DNA of 60,961 bases, filler included, from Globobulimina sp. (Eukaryota), in assembly GCA_003354225.1 (NCBI GenBank). It is 14 parts of 14 records of this genome, joined end to end, with 100 filler letters (N's around TTAATTAATTAA, not from the genome) between each part and the next. Parts side by side here need not be neighbours in the genome. Positions count along the whole stretch, not along the records: positions 43,633 to 47,890 come from PIVH01001410.1; positions 47,991 to 52,247 come from PIVH01001411.1; positions 52,348 to 56,604 come from PIVH01001412.1; positions 56,705 to 60,961 come from PIVH01001413.1; 10 more parts are not named here. One strand, written 5' to 3'. The translations under genes and the position numbers were made by a program. The first letter of the stretch is position 1. Every line of letters starts with the position of its first letter. This document shows, piece by piece, positions 46,940 to 58,982 of the stretch. The notes under the pieces are model-generated. The model had not been told where the DNA came from. It searched no databases and was given only the letters and a program-made list of their open reading frames with translations.

Positions 46940-47890
46940 TTAAAAATCAAATTTCGATAACGATACTAATAGCACTGACGTTAAACTGCAACATATTGCA
47001 GCTATTAAAAAAAGAATATTCCTCCTCCCTTTGATCTCTTTATAATACAAAACTCCCCACAATGAAGACACGATTTGCGGCCCAGCAGACACGATTGGAA
47101 AAGTTGTCTCGACGCCCAAGTTATTCTTATCCAATGCGATAAAATATCCATTCATTGCAACTGCCCATATAACCCCACCACAAATAGATGGAAATACTGC
47201 TCGGTCATTGATTTGTGGCTTGTTTTTCATATACAAATTATAACAAAACAAATAAAACAACGATGACAAAAATATACCATTATACACAATAAACACATAA
47301 TCAATCATATCGCCGGAATATTGACTCTTATGTTTCTCGTCATTTATCATTGACTGTACTGGACCAAACATGACACCGTAACAGATTCCTGCTATCACAC
47401 TGCAAACAATTCCAACACTGTTCTTTTGCGCAGTATTCAACCGATCAATCCATGACTCCATCATCTCTGAGTCTGCACAAATGCAAAATATGCACATTAG
47501 AAACAAACAAAATGCAGAGTGCGTACCATGTTTCTCATCATATTTAGCTGAAGCATTGGAACTATCAGCAATCAGGTTATCGTGCTGAACATCAAGAGTT
47601 TGCATATGAGCTTTTACTGCGTCTTCATGCTTTTTGCTGTCATCCATGTTGTCAGGTTTTACATTGAAAAACAAAAACAATGCGATAAATACGAATATAA
47701 CGCCTAAATAATTCAACTCGTCATGTTTGACAGAGGTATCCTTTGGTGTCCCCAACAAACCCCATTTGCCAGTACTCCAACCAATAATTAATTGCGTAGC
47801 ACACCAGATGGACATTCCTAAGGCTAACCCAATGGTTTTGATAATTGTTACGGTTAAAATATTACCAATCGACCATATTATACCCGAGGT
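46940..47890 (-). CDS. TMEM144-like DMT-superfamily transporter, 5' partial
   Basis: IW..GN.L.V.IIKTIGLALGMSIW, GW.TGKWG, FPIVSAGP and WGVLYYKEIKG. Confidence 0.85.
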   Translation of the reverse strand, partial: TSGIIWSIGNILTVTIIKTIGLALGMSIWCATQLIIGWSTGKWGLLGTPKDTSVKHDELNYLGVIFVFIALFLFFNVKPDNMDDSKKHEDAVKAHMQTLDVQHDNLIADSSNASAKYDEKHGTHSAFCLFLMCIFCICADSEMMESWIDRLNTAQKNSVGIVCSVIAGICYGVMFGPVQSMINDEKHKSQYSGDMIDYVFIVYNGIFLSSLFYLFCYNLYMKNKPQINDRAVFPSICGGVIWAVAMNGYFIALDKNNLGVETTFPIVSAGPQIVSSLWGVLYYKEIKGRRNILFLIAAICCSLTSVLLVSLSKFDF

Positions 47891-47990
47891 NNNNNNNNNN
47901 NNNNNNNNNNNNNNNNNNNNNNNNNNNNNNNNNNTTAATTAATTAANNNNNNNNNNNNNNNNNNNNNNNNNNNNNNNNNNNNNNNNNNNN

Positions 47991-49422
47991 GTGAGCAATC
48001 CAATATTATTACATCATTTATACCAACAATTGATAAATCCGCAGATCCCAACGCTAAAATAGCACCGCTTCCATAATTTTTAGTAAATCTATACATTTGA
48101 TAATGCCGTTTTTTATCATAGATACAATTTGCAGCTTTTGTGCATTTGGCATCAAACCAATAAATTGGTTTCTTATTTATCCAAACAGGTTGAGATAATA
48201 AAATATCCGGCGTACATTTATCGACACTAAACAAACAATCGCCATTCTCCAATTGTCTCTCACTGTAAACACGATATTCTTTATTAAATAACTTATTATC
48301 GGATTTATATTTATCTCTTTCATTATAATGAATATCAAAATAATAGGATTCATTCTTATATTTTGCATTATATATCAATCGATTATAATATGTATTGATA
48401 TAATCCAATAATTTACCAATTTTCATTAATGTTTTCATTTCAAATAAAAATGGCATTACATCCAAATTGGATATTTTCTGTGTTTCTCCGTTTATAAGAT
48501 TTGAATATTCGTTGCGATTTCGAAAATACAATGAATAATATTCTATCAAAAATTCGCATAAAATATTATATTTATCCATTTCTAACTCATTATTATATCT
48601 ACATTTTATATCATTTATTGATAATATCTTATTATGTATCAAATCATTGTGTAAATCAAGTAAATCTTTGTTTGGATCTTTGCATAATTTATCATTGAAA
48701 TAGCTCAATATATTTAAACCTAAATTGCCTAATAAATGGTGGTAATCATTCACATCCAATTCATGTATTTTATTGTCCATTAAGTTAATATATGCATTCG
48801 TTAATTCTTTATTCAAACCGCGAGATATTATCATTTTTGATTCGACCGAATGTTTATTAAATACACTATGAAGTTGGTAATAATTTATTAGTTCTTTGAT
48901 GTGATTTATTGTATTTTCTGAATCGTATTTTCGCGGCGAATGTGTTTTAAAATGTAACTGGTTTTTCCATGTTATTGAGGCGTAATTATTGGATACAAAG
49001 TCAATTGATTCAATATGATAATCCCTTGTCAGCTGATTATCAGTTAACATATTTATGTTTGGCATTTTTTGTAACCATTTCTTTAATTCATTTAATTTTT
49101 TAGCATCAAATTCAAATTCAGAATTTATACCTAATATAACACTCAAATCAATGGATGAGTCTGGAGCAATTTGTTCATTTTGCAGAAATGTTTGAATTTG
49201 ATGAATTGCATCGCGATAAAATTTCATTTGTGTTGATGATAATGATTTGTTATGATTTTCATGTTTCTTTGGATAAATTACTTTCGAATTCATCTTATAC
49301 ATATCATGTCCATTAATCTCGAATGAATAAGAATTGGAGTTCCAGAGTCCAACAATATGTATTCGGATTATATCCCGGTATGGAGCTTTTCTTGTGTACT
49401 GTAGCAAGCGTAAAGGGAGCAT
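47991..49422 (-). CDS. CDIN1/C15orf41-like (TPD) nuclease-domain protein, runs off the contig edge
   Basis: C-terminal TPDILL..P..IN...IYWFDAK...Q...F...YGSGA motif. Confidence 0.7.
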
Positions 49423-49520
49423 ATTGTAAGGGAAAATTAAGCACTCTGAAAAACATCAATGTTTAATTCATTTTTTAGAATTTAAATGCATGTCTCTTAT
49501 TTATCAAAACAATTCTAAAT

Positions 49521-51036
49521 TTACAACGAACCATAAAAGAGCAACCTAACCAAATTAACCTTTCCGGTGTCATCTCCAATGACTAAACAGCCTGAATTTG
49601 GAGAAAATTTAGCTTTGCAAACATGCTGAATCGCCTTATTTGGCCAATTTTGATAAACTTTACCAGTCTCAACATGAACTAAACGGATTGCGTTTCTCTT
49701 CTGTCTGCTCCAATAAACCATTAATTGTCCATCGTGATTAAATTCAATTCCTTCCACTGTTGTAACTAAATTATTTATACTATAAATCTCTTTTACTGCC
49801 CCATCATTTTCGTTTTCCTTTTCTTTATATATTTGCTTTGTATCCAATAAAAATTTAGAGTCTTTTTCAAATTTATAATGATATAAAGTCAAAACGCCTG
49901 AATTACATCCAATAGCAATAACATTTAATGCAGGAAATATATCAAAACTCATCGCCTTAACAATTCCAGCAAATAATATCTTATCAACACAGCGATATGT
50001 ATTCATATCAAATACATATATTTTAGCATTCTGTGTCAATATAAACATTTTAGAGCCATCAAAATTAAACTTAAGCATTGTAATTGGATCGCTAATATGG
50101 ATGGTTTTGACCGGTTTTTTGGTTTTCCTAGAAACGACAATTAAAACTCCGAAGACTGCAACAAATATAATATGCTTATTATTGGGTGACACTTCAAAAT
50201 ATTCCCAACTTCTCTCATCTCGGCCTACCAATTTATTTATTCTTTGGATTTTAAAATTGATCAAATTAAATGAATAAATAAAAGGTCTCTGACCAGTGAT
50301 TATAATCTCTTTTCCATCAAATGTAAATTTACTACATTTAATTGGTAGATCTGTGATAAATATTCGTTTTAATAAATCATTATTTTGTCCTTCCATACGG
50401 TATAAACACAATGTTTTATCCAAACCAGCAGTCATTAATATTTTGCCAGTTTTATCAAAATCAAGCACTGTGATCACGGAGTCATGCCGATAAGCTTGCT
50501 TTATTCGACCCAAATCTTTAAAATCTAGCAAATTACTTGGAATTGAGGAGGGCGATGCTGCTGTTATGCGAAGCGAGCGATGGATTTGGATTTTATGTTC
50601 ATCTTCGTTTTCTAACTCTTTTTCAGGTGTTTTGGTCCAATCTTCGTCCATTATTGATTCTTTATAACTGTTTTTCGTAAATTATATAATTTGTTTTGAT
50701 GATTTTACATATTTATCCTTGCACATTGCACAAGATTTATTGCACAGAATAGATTCTTAACTGTTCTCGCCGTCTTATTGTGTATTCAGTTGGCTTTAAA
50801 AAACTCTCATCAGCGAACGTTTTACGTAAATCACTTCGAAGACTTATTTGTAAATCCGGATCAATGTCCTCTGGATCTATCCATGCAGGTTCTTCTTTTT
50901 CTTTTTTCTCGTTTGTGTGACTCAGCTTTGCTTTTTTGGCTGGTGGTTCATACGTTGGTTTACCAAATAGTTCATCTCCCAATAACCGCAATTCCTTAGA
51001 TTCTGTTTCACGTACACGTTGTTGTTGCATTGCCAT
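49521..51036 (-). CDS. UTP18: U3 snoRNA-associated WD40 protein UTP18
   Basis: PAWIDPED, TAGLDKTL, NLVT...IEFNHDGQL, RLVH...VYQNWP and FSPNSG. Intron at 50761-50668. Confidence 0.88.
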
Positions 51037-51311
51037 GTCTAGCTATACAGCTCCAAAAGTTTTCTTTTGTACAAAAAACGTTTTTTGAAGTGCTCTGCAT
51101 TCCAACTCTAGTCACAATCGATCGTTCTGAAAAAACAGAGCAATTCATAGGACAAATTAGTAATTATTTCAATATTAGCAGAAATATGTAAGATTATTAT
51201 CACAGAGAAACGCCTCATATCAGTGTCGATATTGTCCGCACGGAAAACGAGAGATACATTCCAACATTTTATAATTAATTAAAAAAACAACTGAAGAATA
51301 TATTTGCAGTT

Positions 51312-52247
51312 TTATTGAATGGTTTGATATGCAGCATCTAACCGTAATATATATTTTGGTCCTTGATCTACACAACCTCCTTTATGCAATATTTCATGTC
51401 TAAACACCAATGCATCGCCAACATTGCCTTTAACATCGAAAAATGAGTATGGATATTTACCATCTTTTGGATTTGGATCGATATCAACACAAAATCGTGT
51501 ATTACCACCCACATAATCATCATTAAGATAAATTAGTACTGCATATATAGTAAATGTATCATTCGTATTTGGCACTAATACACAACCATCACGATGGATT
51601 TTTAAATGTTGCTTATTGTTATATCTCTCGACACGACATGACGTATTCAAACACTTTAACTTTCCATAACATTCAATAGTTTGATTATTATCAGAGCTGT
51701 AATATCTCAATTCATTCAATGTTAATGAAGCTATTTATTCTTAAAAATAAACAAATGAGACTGAGAGCATACATATTACATACAATCAGCATCAAAATAA
51801 GATTTAGCGGGCAAGTGTTTCTTAATTCGACTGAAAACTATGTCATTTGATAACGCTTTCGATTGAAAACAACAACTGGAAGAATCATCGCCTTTTCCCG
51901 AATATTTACGTTGCTCAAATCCAGTTAATTCTGAGGCTGCTATCAATTTTTTACATTCTTTAGGGGTCAATACGTTTCGTATAAAAAATGCAAAATCTTT
52001 ATTTACATTGTTAATTGTAGATACTCTTAATTTCATATTGTCTGAATTCATAAAATGTTGTTTTATGCTACTTTCAATATATTCGCTTTGACGCGATTCT
52101 CTGCGTTGAAATTTAGTGCCTTCAACAACAGGTTTAAAACGGACCACTCTTCTTTTTTGTGATGCTTTCTTGCTTTGTTTACTACAATGTTGGTAAACAT
52201 ATTTCAGTGTAAATAATAAAATACCAAAATATATCACTACATTAAAT
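51312..52247 (-). CDS. Prolyl-4-hydroxylase-like 2OG-Fe(II) oxygenase, 5' partial
   Basis: NVLTPKEC, HRD, LIYLNDDYVGGNT.F, H.ILHKG and KYILR.D. Intron at about 51783-51731. Confidence 0.8.
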
Positions 52248-52347
52248 NNNNNNNNNNNNNNNNNNNNNNNNNNNNNNNNNNNNNNNNNNNNTTAATTAAT
52301 TAANNNNNNNNNNNNNNNNNNNNNNNNNNNNNNNNNNNNNNNNNNNN

Positions 52348-55300
52348 TTCTTCAAATAATAAATGAATTTCTTCGGGAATAATTTCGTGGTCCGGTCCTC
52401 TTTCCCATATTGCAATGCCAACATCACGGATTAAATTTTTTAATTTCTTTGTCTCTGTAAATAATAACCTGGCTTCTTTTAAATATGCCACAAACTGATC
52501 ATATTCAGTATGATGGTCATGTTTATAATCATCACTCTCTGTGATATGATGTAATAAATATTCATATTCGCGTCGGTTCTTACACCGCAATGAACCATAT
52601 TCTTCCAAGAAATTTATAATATCGTCGGCTTTACATTCATTAATTTTCATATCCTTATTATTTTGCGAATGGTGCCAATGCTCAAAGTCATCTAAAACCA
52701 TTCTGGGCGCCATCGGATATTTTGCAAATAAATGTAATGGTAATTCCATTTCACGCGAATCATGAATATGATTAAATATCGCCTGAGCCAATGGTTTAAA
52801 TAAAATCTCCCATTTTGTAAAGTTATCTTTGGCCAAATCTTCCATCATCACAAAATCAATAAAGAAATCCAACTCCGTCACCTCGTCCTCTGTACTTAAC
52901 GATATAATATGCTCCGACACTCGATCCCGCATAATAAATAAATCAATACTTTTCTTGGCAGAATATAAATTCGTCCATATCTCAGACGATAGCGAATGAT
53001 CAAATAATTCGTCCGTATCTCCTTTACCCATATGATGTAATATATGAATCAAGTCGTGATTGTCATAATGCCCCACCACATAATCTTTTTTACGATCTTT
53101 TTTCCTGGCTTTAATTCGTTTAATTTGTTTCACATTCATTGTATTATAATCAATATTTAAATCGTCATCGCTATCCGACGATGAACTCGACCCTTCGTCG
53201 CTGTCCTCATGATGTACATCTTCCGCATGCATCGCTTTCAAAGCGGCGCGTGTATTCTTATCATATCTATTCGTTAAACGTATGCGCTTACAACAGGTCA
53301 TATGCCTGCAGCAATGATGAATATTTTTCCGCAACACCTGACAAGCATGTACAGCTTGATGCGGATTGCGAAGCATGGAAAAGGACTCCAAAAAGCCCAA
53401 TACCAAAAATAAAAGTGGAAATACCCCCATATAATAGATGTATAAAGAAATAACTTCCCATATTAATCTCCAGCGCTCTGTTTCATGCCGTACCCGATAA
53501 CAATTTGCACATATTTCCGGCGCAATATTGTTCAATAATTTTATGTCCCGCTCATTGACATTCAACTCACGGCCTAACCGTTTGATGGATATCTTACTCT
53601 CTTTTACATACATTCTACAAAATGAACATATCCAATGATGCGACTTATGATGTTTTTTACGATCTTTTTTGCTGTCTTCATTGAAATGTTGCGTAATTTT
53701 AGAGGTTAATTTCTGTTGAAATTGTTCCAATTTTAAATAATGTTCTTGCGATAAGTGAAAAATATCCACATTCCATTTATTTTTCTTTGTTACATGATTA
53801 CCGATGATGACATTCTTTTTTTCAGCCTTTTTATCAGCTGCTTTCATATGTTTCTCATCGGCATAAAAAGTGATTTCGTGATGATGGACATCGGGATCAA
53901 AGGAGGTTATAATGCCCACACTATCGCCTTCAGAGGTTATCACATGCACTTTCTCGCCAACAATTTGGTCGTCTAACTCTAATTTCTTACATTTTAACCA
54001 GGAGGGCATTATTAAAACACACAGATCAAAGTGAGTTTTGCTGCAGCAATATAATGTATGATTGATTATAAATTCAATGAGATAAAATAATATCATTCCA
54101 ATCATGGCAAATACATTGAATGGAGGTGGCATAAAAGCAGACTCATGGTCTAATTCTATGGCTAATTCAAAACGGGCAAAAATTATTTGTGCAATGGTGG
54201 ATTCGTTAATGCTGTCAAACGTTTTAGCCATCATAGCGATTAACAAATTTAATAACACAATGGCGGCAATAATCATATAGATGGAGATGATGAGATATGC
54301 AAATAATAAAAATGCGGGGTTTATTTCATCATTTTCAGAGAGTTGGTCCCAATCAAAGTCACCTTGCGATGCTCTGAATAGGGTTAAAAATGCGATGGGG
54401 AAACTTGAAAATCCCTCTAATACATCGCCTACAACAAATATTAAACAGACAATAAAACCAATTAATACGATGCCGATAATTTCGAGGAAGGTTATAATAT
54501 CCACCATCATGCGTTGTACCATTCGAATCATTGGACCCAAAGATGACGATAATACACAGAAAAATGTTAATCTAACCCATAATGCGATAGTATTTAAACC
54601 CCAAAGTATAACAAATGCAGTATTTGATGGTATATCGGCACAACTCTTGCTTGAATTACTAGTACCATCGAGCTGACAATTTAGGCCAGCACCGTATTCT
54701 TTCGTTATCCAAACATATATTCTCAATGCAAAGGACGCAATGAACAACGATGAGATGACAAAATCAAAATAGTTTGATGCTTGCGATAAATAAACATGAA
54801 ATCCTTCATCAATTATACTAAATACCTCATACAGTACATAACCAATATTAAAGACCCAAAACACTGTTTCTTCGATGGTCATATCATCATAAACTCGGAA
54901 TTGCTGCGCACTTAAATATGTAAATAAAAATAGATAAACAAGGTATAATATAAACTGTGAGGCATATAAACCAATCGGTGTAAAATAAAACTCTTTATTG
55001 AATAATTTCTTCCAAAATAACTCTGTTGTTAATGGATTAATTTTAAACGCATCATTTCTATTGTTCGGATCTAAAAACTTATACTCGTTCATGATGGAGT
55101 TTGAGATGCGTTCAATGCGATTATTTTTCACAAATTTTAATAATTTATATTCTAATGCCATATCAAAAGCACTCATGCCATTTAAATTTGATTTTGCTTC
55201 CAATATGACACAAGCCATATGATCGGATTCAATCAATGCTAAGTATTCTAATGCAGCATTAATATAATTATCCGATAATTGCTCGAATAATTCTGTGCGT

Positions 55301-56259
55301 GATATATCATAATCAGCTCTCTCATTCATCCATCGAGCAATCTCTAATGCCGCATTTATGGGATATTTAGCGGCGATTACTAAGTTTTTACATACAGAGT
55401 CGACTGCGTCTTCGGGAAAACGTGTTAAATCAAACTTAAAATGCTCCAATAAACTCAAGCCGACGGGCGTGGGCGTATATAATGCTATTTCTTCAAATAT
55501 AATCCATATAGATTTACGTGGCGTATTTTTTAATTCATGAATGATTAATTTCCACCATATAATACAGTCATGAATGATATTGAAACCTTCAAATAGTTCA
55601 GTTAGGTCTTGGTGTTTTTGTTTGTCCATATTGTGATATGCTTCAATATACAATGTAGAAATAACGGGCGTGACGCCAAACTCATCCGCGATCTGTCGCT
55701 TACTGGGCAATTCATTAAAGGCATCTTCGTAATGTTCAATCCATAATATACGTTCCCATTTGCGTAGGAATAGACTAAATCTTCTGCGGATTTCATTGAA
55801 TTCTGTATAATTTAATGGTGTTTCTTGCACAAAATCTTCATTTTTCGTTTGTAATTTCGCTAATTCCATTAATAAATGGCTGATGCTTTCTTTTTTTCTC
55901 TCTGCGGTATATTCCTGTCGATCACTAAAATCCTTGTCTTTATGTTTGTGTTTATGTTCATCCCCGTCTTTATATTCATACATTGGACGGCTGGCTAAAT
56001 CAAATGGATGTTCATTCATTAAAATATCACGATTTAATTCTAATAATTTATGTCCGTCCACACCGTGTCCTCGATGATTTTCTTGAAATATTGGTATAAA
56101 TGCAGATAAACCTTTTGTTTTTAACCATTCCTTCACTTGATCAAAATGCCAATTTTTTGGGTTTGTAGCTATTGAATGATTTTGATCACCATCACTACTG
56201 TCACTGTGATAACTAAAATCAATAGAATGTGAATGTGAATGAGACATAAAACTGGTCAT
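52348..56259 (-). CDS. TRP-like cation channel with an N-terminal SAM domain, runs off the contig edge
   Basis: SAM-like WHFDQVKEWL..GVDGHKLL, six TM helices, LGPMIRMV, LLNLLIAMMAKTF and PPPFN. Confidence 0.85.
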
Positions 56260-56300
56260 TGAACCTGTTTGAGTTTACGTTGTGGTTTTATATATTTATC

Positions 56301-56356
56301 AGTAGTATGGTGTAGACCGTGTAGTATGGAGTAGTATGGAGTAGTATGGTGTAGTT
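56301..56356. repeat. GTAGTATGG(A/T) 10-bp minisatellite
   Basis: About four near-tandem copies just upstream of the TRP start codon. Confidence 0.6.
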
Positions 56357-56749
56357 GTTAACAAACCAAGAATGCTGTCAGTAAATTTGCTGCTAACACT
56401 CAGTTCTCTGACATTTTGTTTATCCTCTCCTGTGGAAAGAGTCATTTCCATGTGCTTCATCTGCTTCCTGTGTTTGTGTGCCATGCTGTTCTCAATAGAG
56501 TTTTTGCTTTTAGTTCATTTCTTCAATAGAGTTTTCCTATTTGACCTTGATTTTGCTCATGATCAACTTTTTTTAATCATTTGTGAATTGTTAGAGAAAA
56601 AGCTNNNNNNNNNNNNNNNNNNNNNNNNNNNNNNNNNNNNNNNNNNNNTTAATTAATTAANNNNNNNNNNNNNNNNNNNNNNNNNNNNNNNNNNNNNNNN
56701 NNNNTTTTATAATAAGTTATATAAATAAAATTAATTTAAATAAAATTAT

Positions 56750-57250
56750 TTAATTATTGGTAATTTCTAAACCGTTTTGTATCTCATATCTACGACTTTC
56801 CAACCATTTTTCACAAATATCTCGGTCTTTGCTACGTTTTTGATATCTTTTTCCATAATGTCTAAATCCTGCTTGGTAATAAATAGTTTCAATATTAGGA
56901 TGTTTATAAATACATATATATCCAATATCACAAGTTCTATTTTTTGATTGAGTATTTTCAATATGAGTAACCCATCTTAAATTACTTACATTATTATTAG
57001 ATGGGTTATTATCAATATGATGAATTAGAGGTAGGTTATTAGGATTAGTTATAAATGCTTGTCCTACCAATCTATGAACTTGTTTTCTAACTAATTTTCT
57101 TCCATAATTTGGAAATCTAAAAGATACGTAGCAATAATTATCTTTATCCTTTTGTTCTTTTAAAATATAATTTGTTCCAAAATTCTTAACAATACCTAAA
57201 TTAGAAACATAATGATTTGATGTTCCCTCAATCTTTCGCCATTCTTCCAT
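56750..57250 (-). CDS. NUMOD4-HNH homing endonuclease
   Basis: EEWRKI...YVSNLG.V (NUMOD4) and VHRLVGQAF...HHIDNNPSNNNVSNLRWVT..EN. Confidence 0.9.
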   Translation of the reverse strand: MEEWRKIEGTSNHYVSNLGIVKNFGTNYILKEQKDKDNYCYVSFRFPNYGRKLVRKQVHRLVGQAFITNPNNLPLIHHIDNNPSNNNVSNLRWVTHIENTQSKNRTCDIGYICIYKHPNIETIYYQAGFRHYGKRYQKRSKDRDICEKWLESRRYEIQNGLEITNN

Positions 57251-57282
57251 CTATAAAACTAACTAGTAATTCTTAAATTATT

Positions 57283-57290
57283 TCAATTTT
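57283..57290 (-). promoter_or_regulatory. Mimivirus-type early promoter AAAATTGA
   Basis: Exact motif about 33 nt upstream of the HNH ATG. Confidence 0.7.
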
Positions 57291-57340
57291 TAAAAAATAA
57301 CTTAAAAATATATTAGTGTATTTTATTATGATGTCGATTT

Positions 57341-57411
57341 GGCTGGTTAGCTTAACGGTAAAGTGCTCACATAGTTAGTGAGAGATATTGGTTCGATTCC
57401 TTTATCAGCCT
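57341..57411 (+). tRNA. tRNA-Thr(AGT), degenerate or possible pseudo-tRNA
   Basis: Acceptor stem GGCTGGT/ATCAGCC, anticodon stem CTCAC/GTGAG, loop ATAGTTA and T-loop TTCGATT. The T-stem ATTGG/CCTTT has two T-T mismatches. Confidence 0.6.
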
Positions 57412-57428
57412 TTAGATTTTTTATCAAA

Positions 57429-57499
57429 GCCAAATTGGTCTATGGGTATGATTTCCGCCTTCCAAGCGGGAGAACCGGGTTCGAGTCCCGGATTTGGCA
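57429..57499 (+). tRNA. tRNA-Gly(TCC)
   Basis: Acceptor stem GCCAAAT/ATTTGGC, anticodon arm TCCGC-CTTCCAA-GCGGG and T arm CCGGG-TTCGAGT-CCCGG. Confidence 0.92.
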
Positions 57500-57512
57500 T
57501 TTTAAATTTTTG

Positions 57513-57540
57513 AAATATATTAAATACTTTTAATATATTT
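57513..57540. terminator. AT-rich hairpin at converging 3' ends (giant-virus hairpin rule)
   Basis: AAATATATTAAA-TACT-TTTAATATATTT, lying between tRNA-Gly and the stop of the RS-rich gene. Confidence 0.6.
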
Positions 57541-57915
57541 TTAATAACATTTTCTCTTTTTTTTCATTGTCTTTCTCTTTCTCTTACCACCATAATAGTC
57601 ATCATCATTTTTTGGCAATAATTTCCATTCTTTACTACCATTTTCTATTTTACAAATTTTTCTCGAAGTATTCATCTGATTATTACCTGTAAATACTAAT
57701 AAATCGCCATGACTTGCTTCCCTTAAATATTCAGCTTCTTCTTGAGCTTCAGTAACTGGATCACTTTCATATATACTAAATATTTCCCGTCTTTTTCCTT
57801 CTGGTGTTCTACTTCTAGATCTTCTTCCTGGTGGTGATCTTGATCTAGATCTGGATCTGGATCGGGATCGGGAATGTCTTCTTGTTCTTCCTGGTGAAGG
57901 AGTTCTACTTCTCAT
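57541..57915 (-). CDS. Arg/Ser-repeat basic protein
   Basis: RSRSRSRSRSRSPP N-terminus and GGKRKRKTMKKKRK C-terminus. Confidence 0.75.
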   Translation of the reverse strand: MRSRTPSPGRTRRHSRSRSRSRSRSRSPPGRRSRSRTPEGKRREIFSIYESDPVTEAQEEAEYLREASHGDLLVFTGNNQMNTSRKICKIENGSKEWKLLPKNDDDYYGGKRKRKTMKKKRKCY

Positions 57916-57992
57916 TATATATTTATATTTACATTTTCTAATTAAAAAGTATTTAAAATTTAAATAGATTAATATATAAAATTTTATTTAAG

Positions 57993-58166
57993 ATGGATCC
58001 AGTAAAAGACGACAAAGAATTATATGAAAATTTAGAAAGTTATTATAAACGAAATGTAAACCTAGAAAATAATTGTTTTAAAAAATTTATTAAGGATACA
58101 GCAGTTATTGTTATTTCTATAGTATTAGTTATTGGTGGTACAATTTTAGTTTGTCTTTTACTATAA
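57993..58166 (+). CDS. Small tail-anchored protein (57 aa)
   Basis: ATG ORF ending in the hydrophobic AVIVISIVLVIGGTILVCLLL. Not in the ORF track. Confidence 0.55.
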   Translation: MDPVKDDKELYENLESYYKRNVNLENNCFKKFIKDTAVIVISIVLVIGGTILVCLLL

Positions 58167-58174
58167 TATAAATT

Positions 58175-58182
58175 AAAATTGA
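58175..58182 (+). promoter_or_regulatory. AAAATTGA early promoter motif
   Basis: About 100 nt upstream of the ORF at 58282. Confidence 0.5.
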
Positions 58183-58281
58183 ACTAAAGACTCTTGTATT
58201 ATATCTATTAAATCTAATCTTTACTCATTTTTTTAAAATTAATATTAAAAAAAGATAAAGATTATCTATATTATTTATACA

Positions 58282-58515
58282 ATGGATTTACAAGAAAGAT
58301 ATCTAGATTTAGTACCAATTAATGAAATTAAACCTATTGTCATTATGACTGAAGAATCTTTTGATCACATAATTAACTATATTGATGCTTCCTCTCTTTT
58401 ATTTTTATTTACAATTACCTGTTTTTCTTCTTTAATTTGTTGCACTTTCCGAGAGAAATATTCTTATAAACCAATAAAACAAGATGATAATACACCCACA
58501 CAAATTTCTGTTTAA
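58282..58515 (+). CDS. Small membrane protein
   Basis: One TM helix followed by a CC motif. Confidence 0.6.
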   Translation: MDLQERYLDLVPINEIKPIVIMTEESFDHIINYIDASSLLFLFTITCFSSLICCTFREKYSYKPIKQDDNTPTQISV

Positions 58516-58542
58516 TATAATTTTTAATATAATTTATATTAA

Positions 58543-58550
58543 AAAATTGA
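58543..58550 (+). promoter_or_regulatory. AAAATTGA early promoter motif
   Basis: 31 nt upstream of the ATG at 58582. Confidence 0.7.
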
Positions 58551-58581
58551 TTTTAAAATATTTAAACTACACTGTATTAAC

Positions 58582-58980
58582 ATGACTATGACAGAGCGTA
58601 TTAATTTAATAAGAGACGAATTTCTAAATGATCCTCTAAACATATCTGAAAAAAAAATTAATATTCTTAAAAATTATTATTTTATTTGGGCTAAAGGAAT
58701 AATTGAAATTGATTCTATATCTTTATTTAGAATTGGGACTAATAAAAATAAAAATATATTATGGTTTAATAACATAAATAAACCCAATATTCATTTACTT
58801 TTAAACATACAAGAAAATAAATATCAAATTATTGATAAATCTTTTAACAAACAACAAATAGAACAGTCTATTGATATTCCAACACTTACTGAAAGAGTAG
58901 AATCTGTAAAAAGAAAAGAAAAATTAAATCTTATTGATGAAACTAAAATTAATTGTTATAAAAGATGTAGAATTCTTTAA
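58582..58980 (+). CDS. Viral hypothetical protein with a CaaX-like C-terminus (CRIL)
   Basis: 132-aa ORF with an upstream promoter motif. Confidence 0.65.
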   Translation: MTMTERINLIRDEFLNDPLNISEKKINILKNYYFIWAKGIIEIDSISLFRIGTNKNKNILWFNNINKPNIHLLLNIQENKYQIIDKSFNKQQIEQSIDIPTLTERVESVKRKEKLNLIDETKINCYKRCRIL

Positions 58981-58982
58981 AA

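Noticed and set aside
4270..56704. Regularly spaced TTAATTAATTAA repeats and apparent gene neighbourhoods across them
   Set aside because: These are artificial linkers between size-sorted contigs. ORFs ending in X..LIN are artefacts, and no cross-contig system can be inferred.
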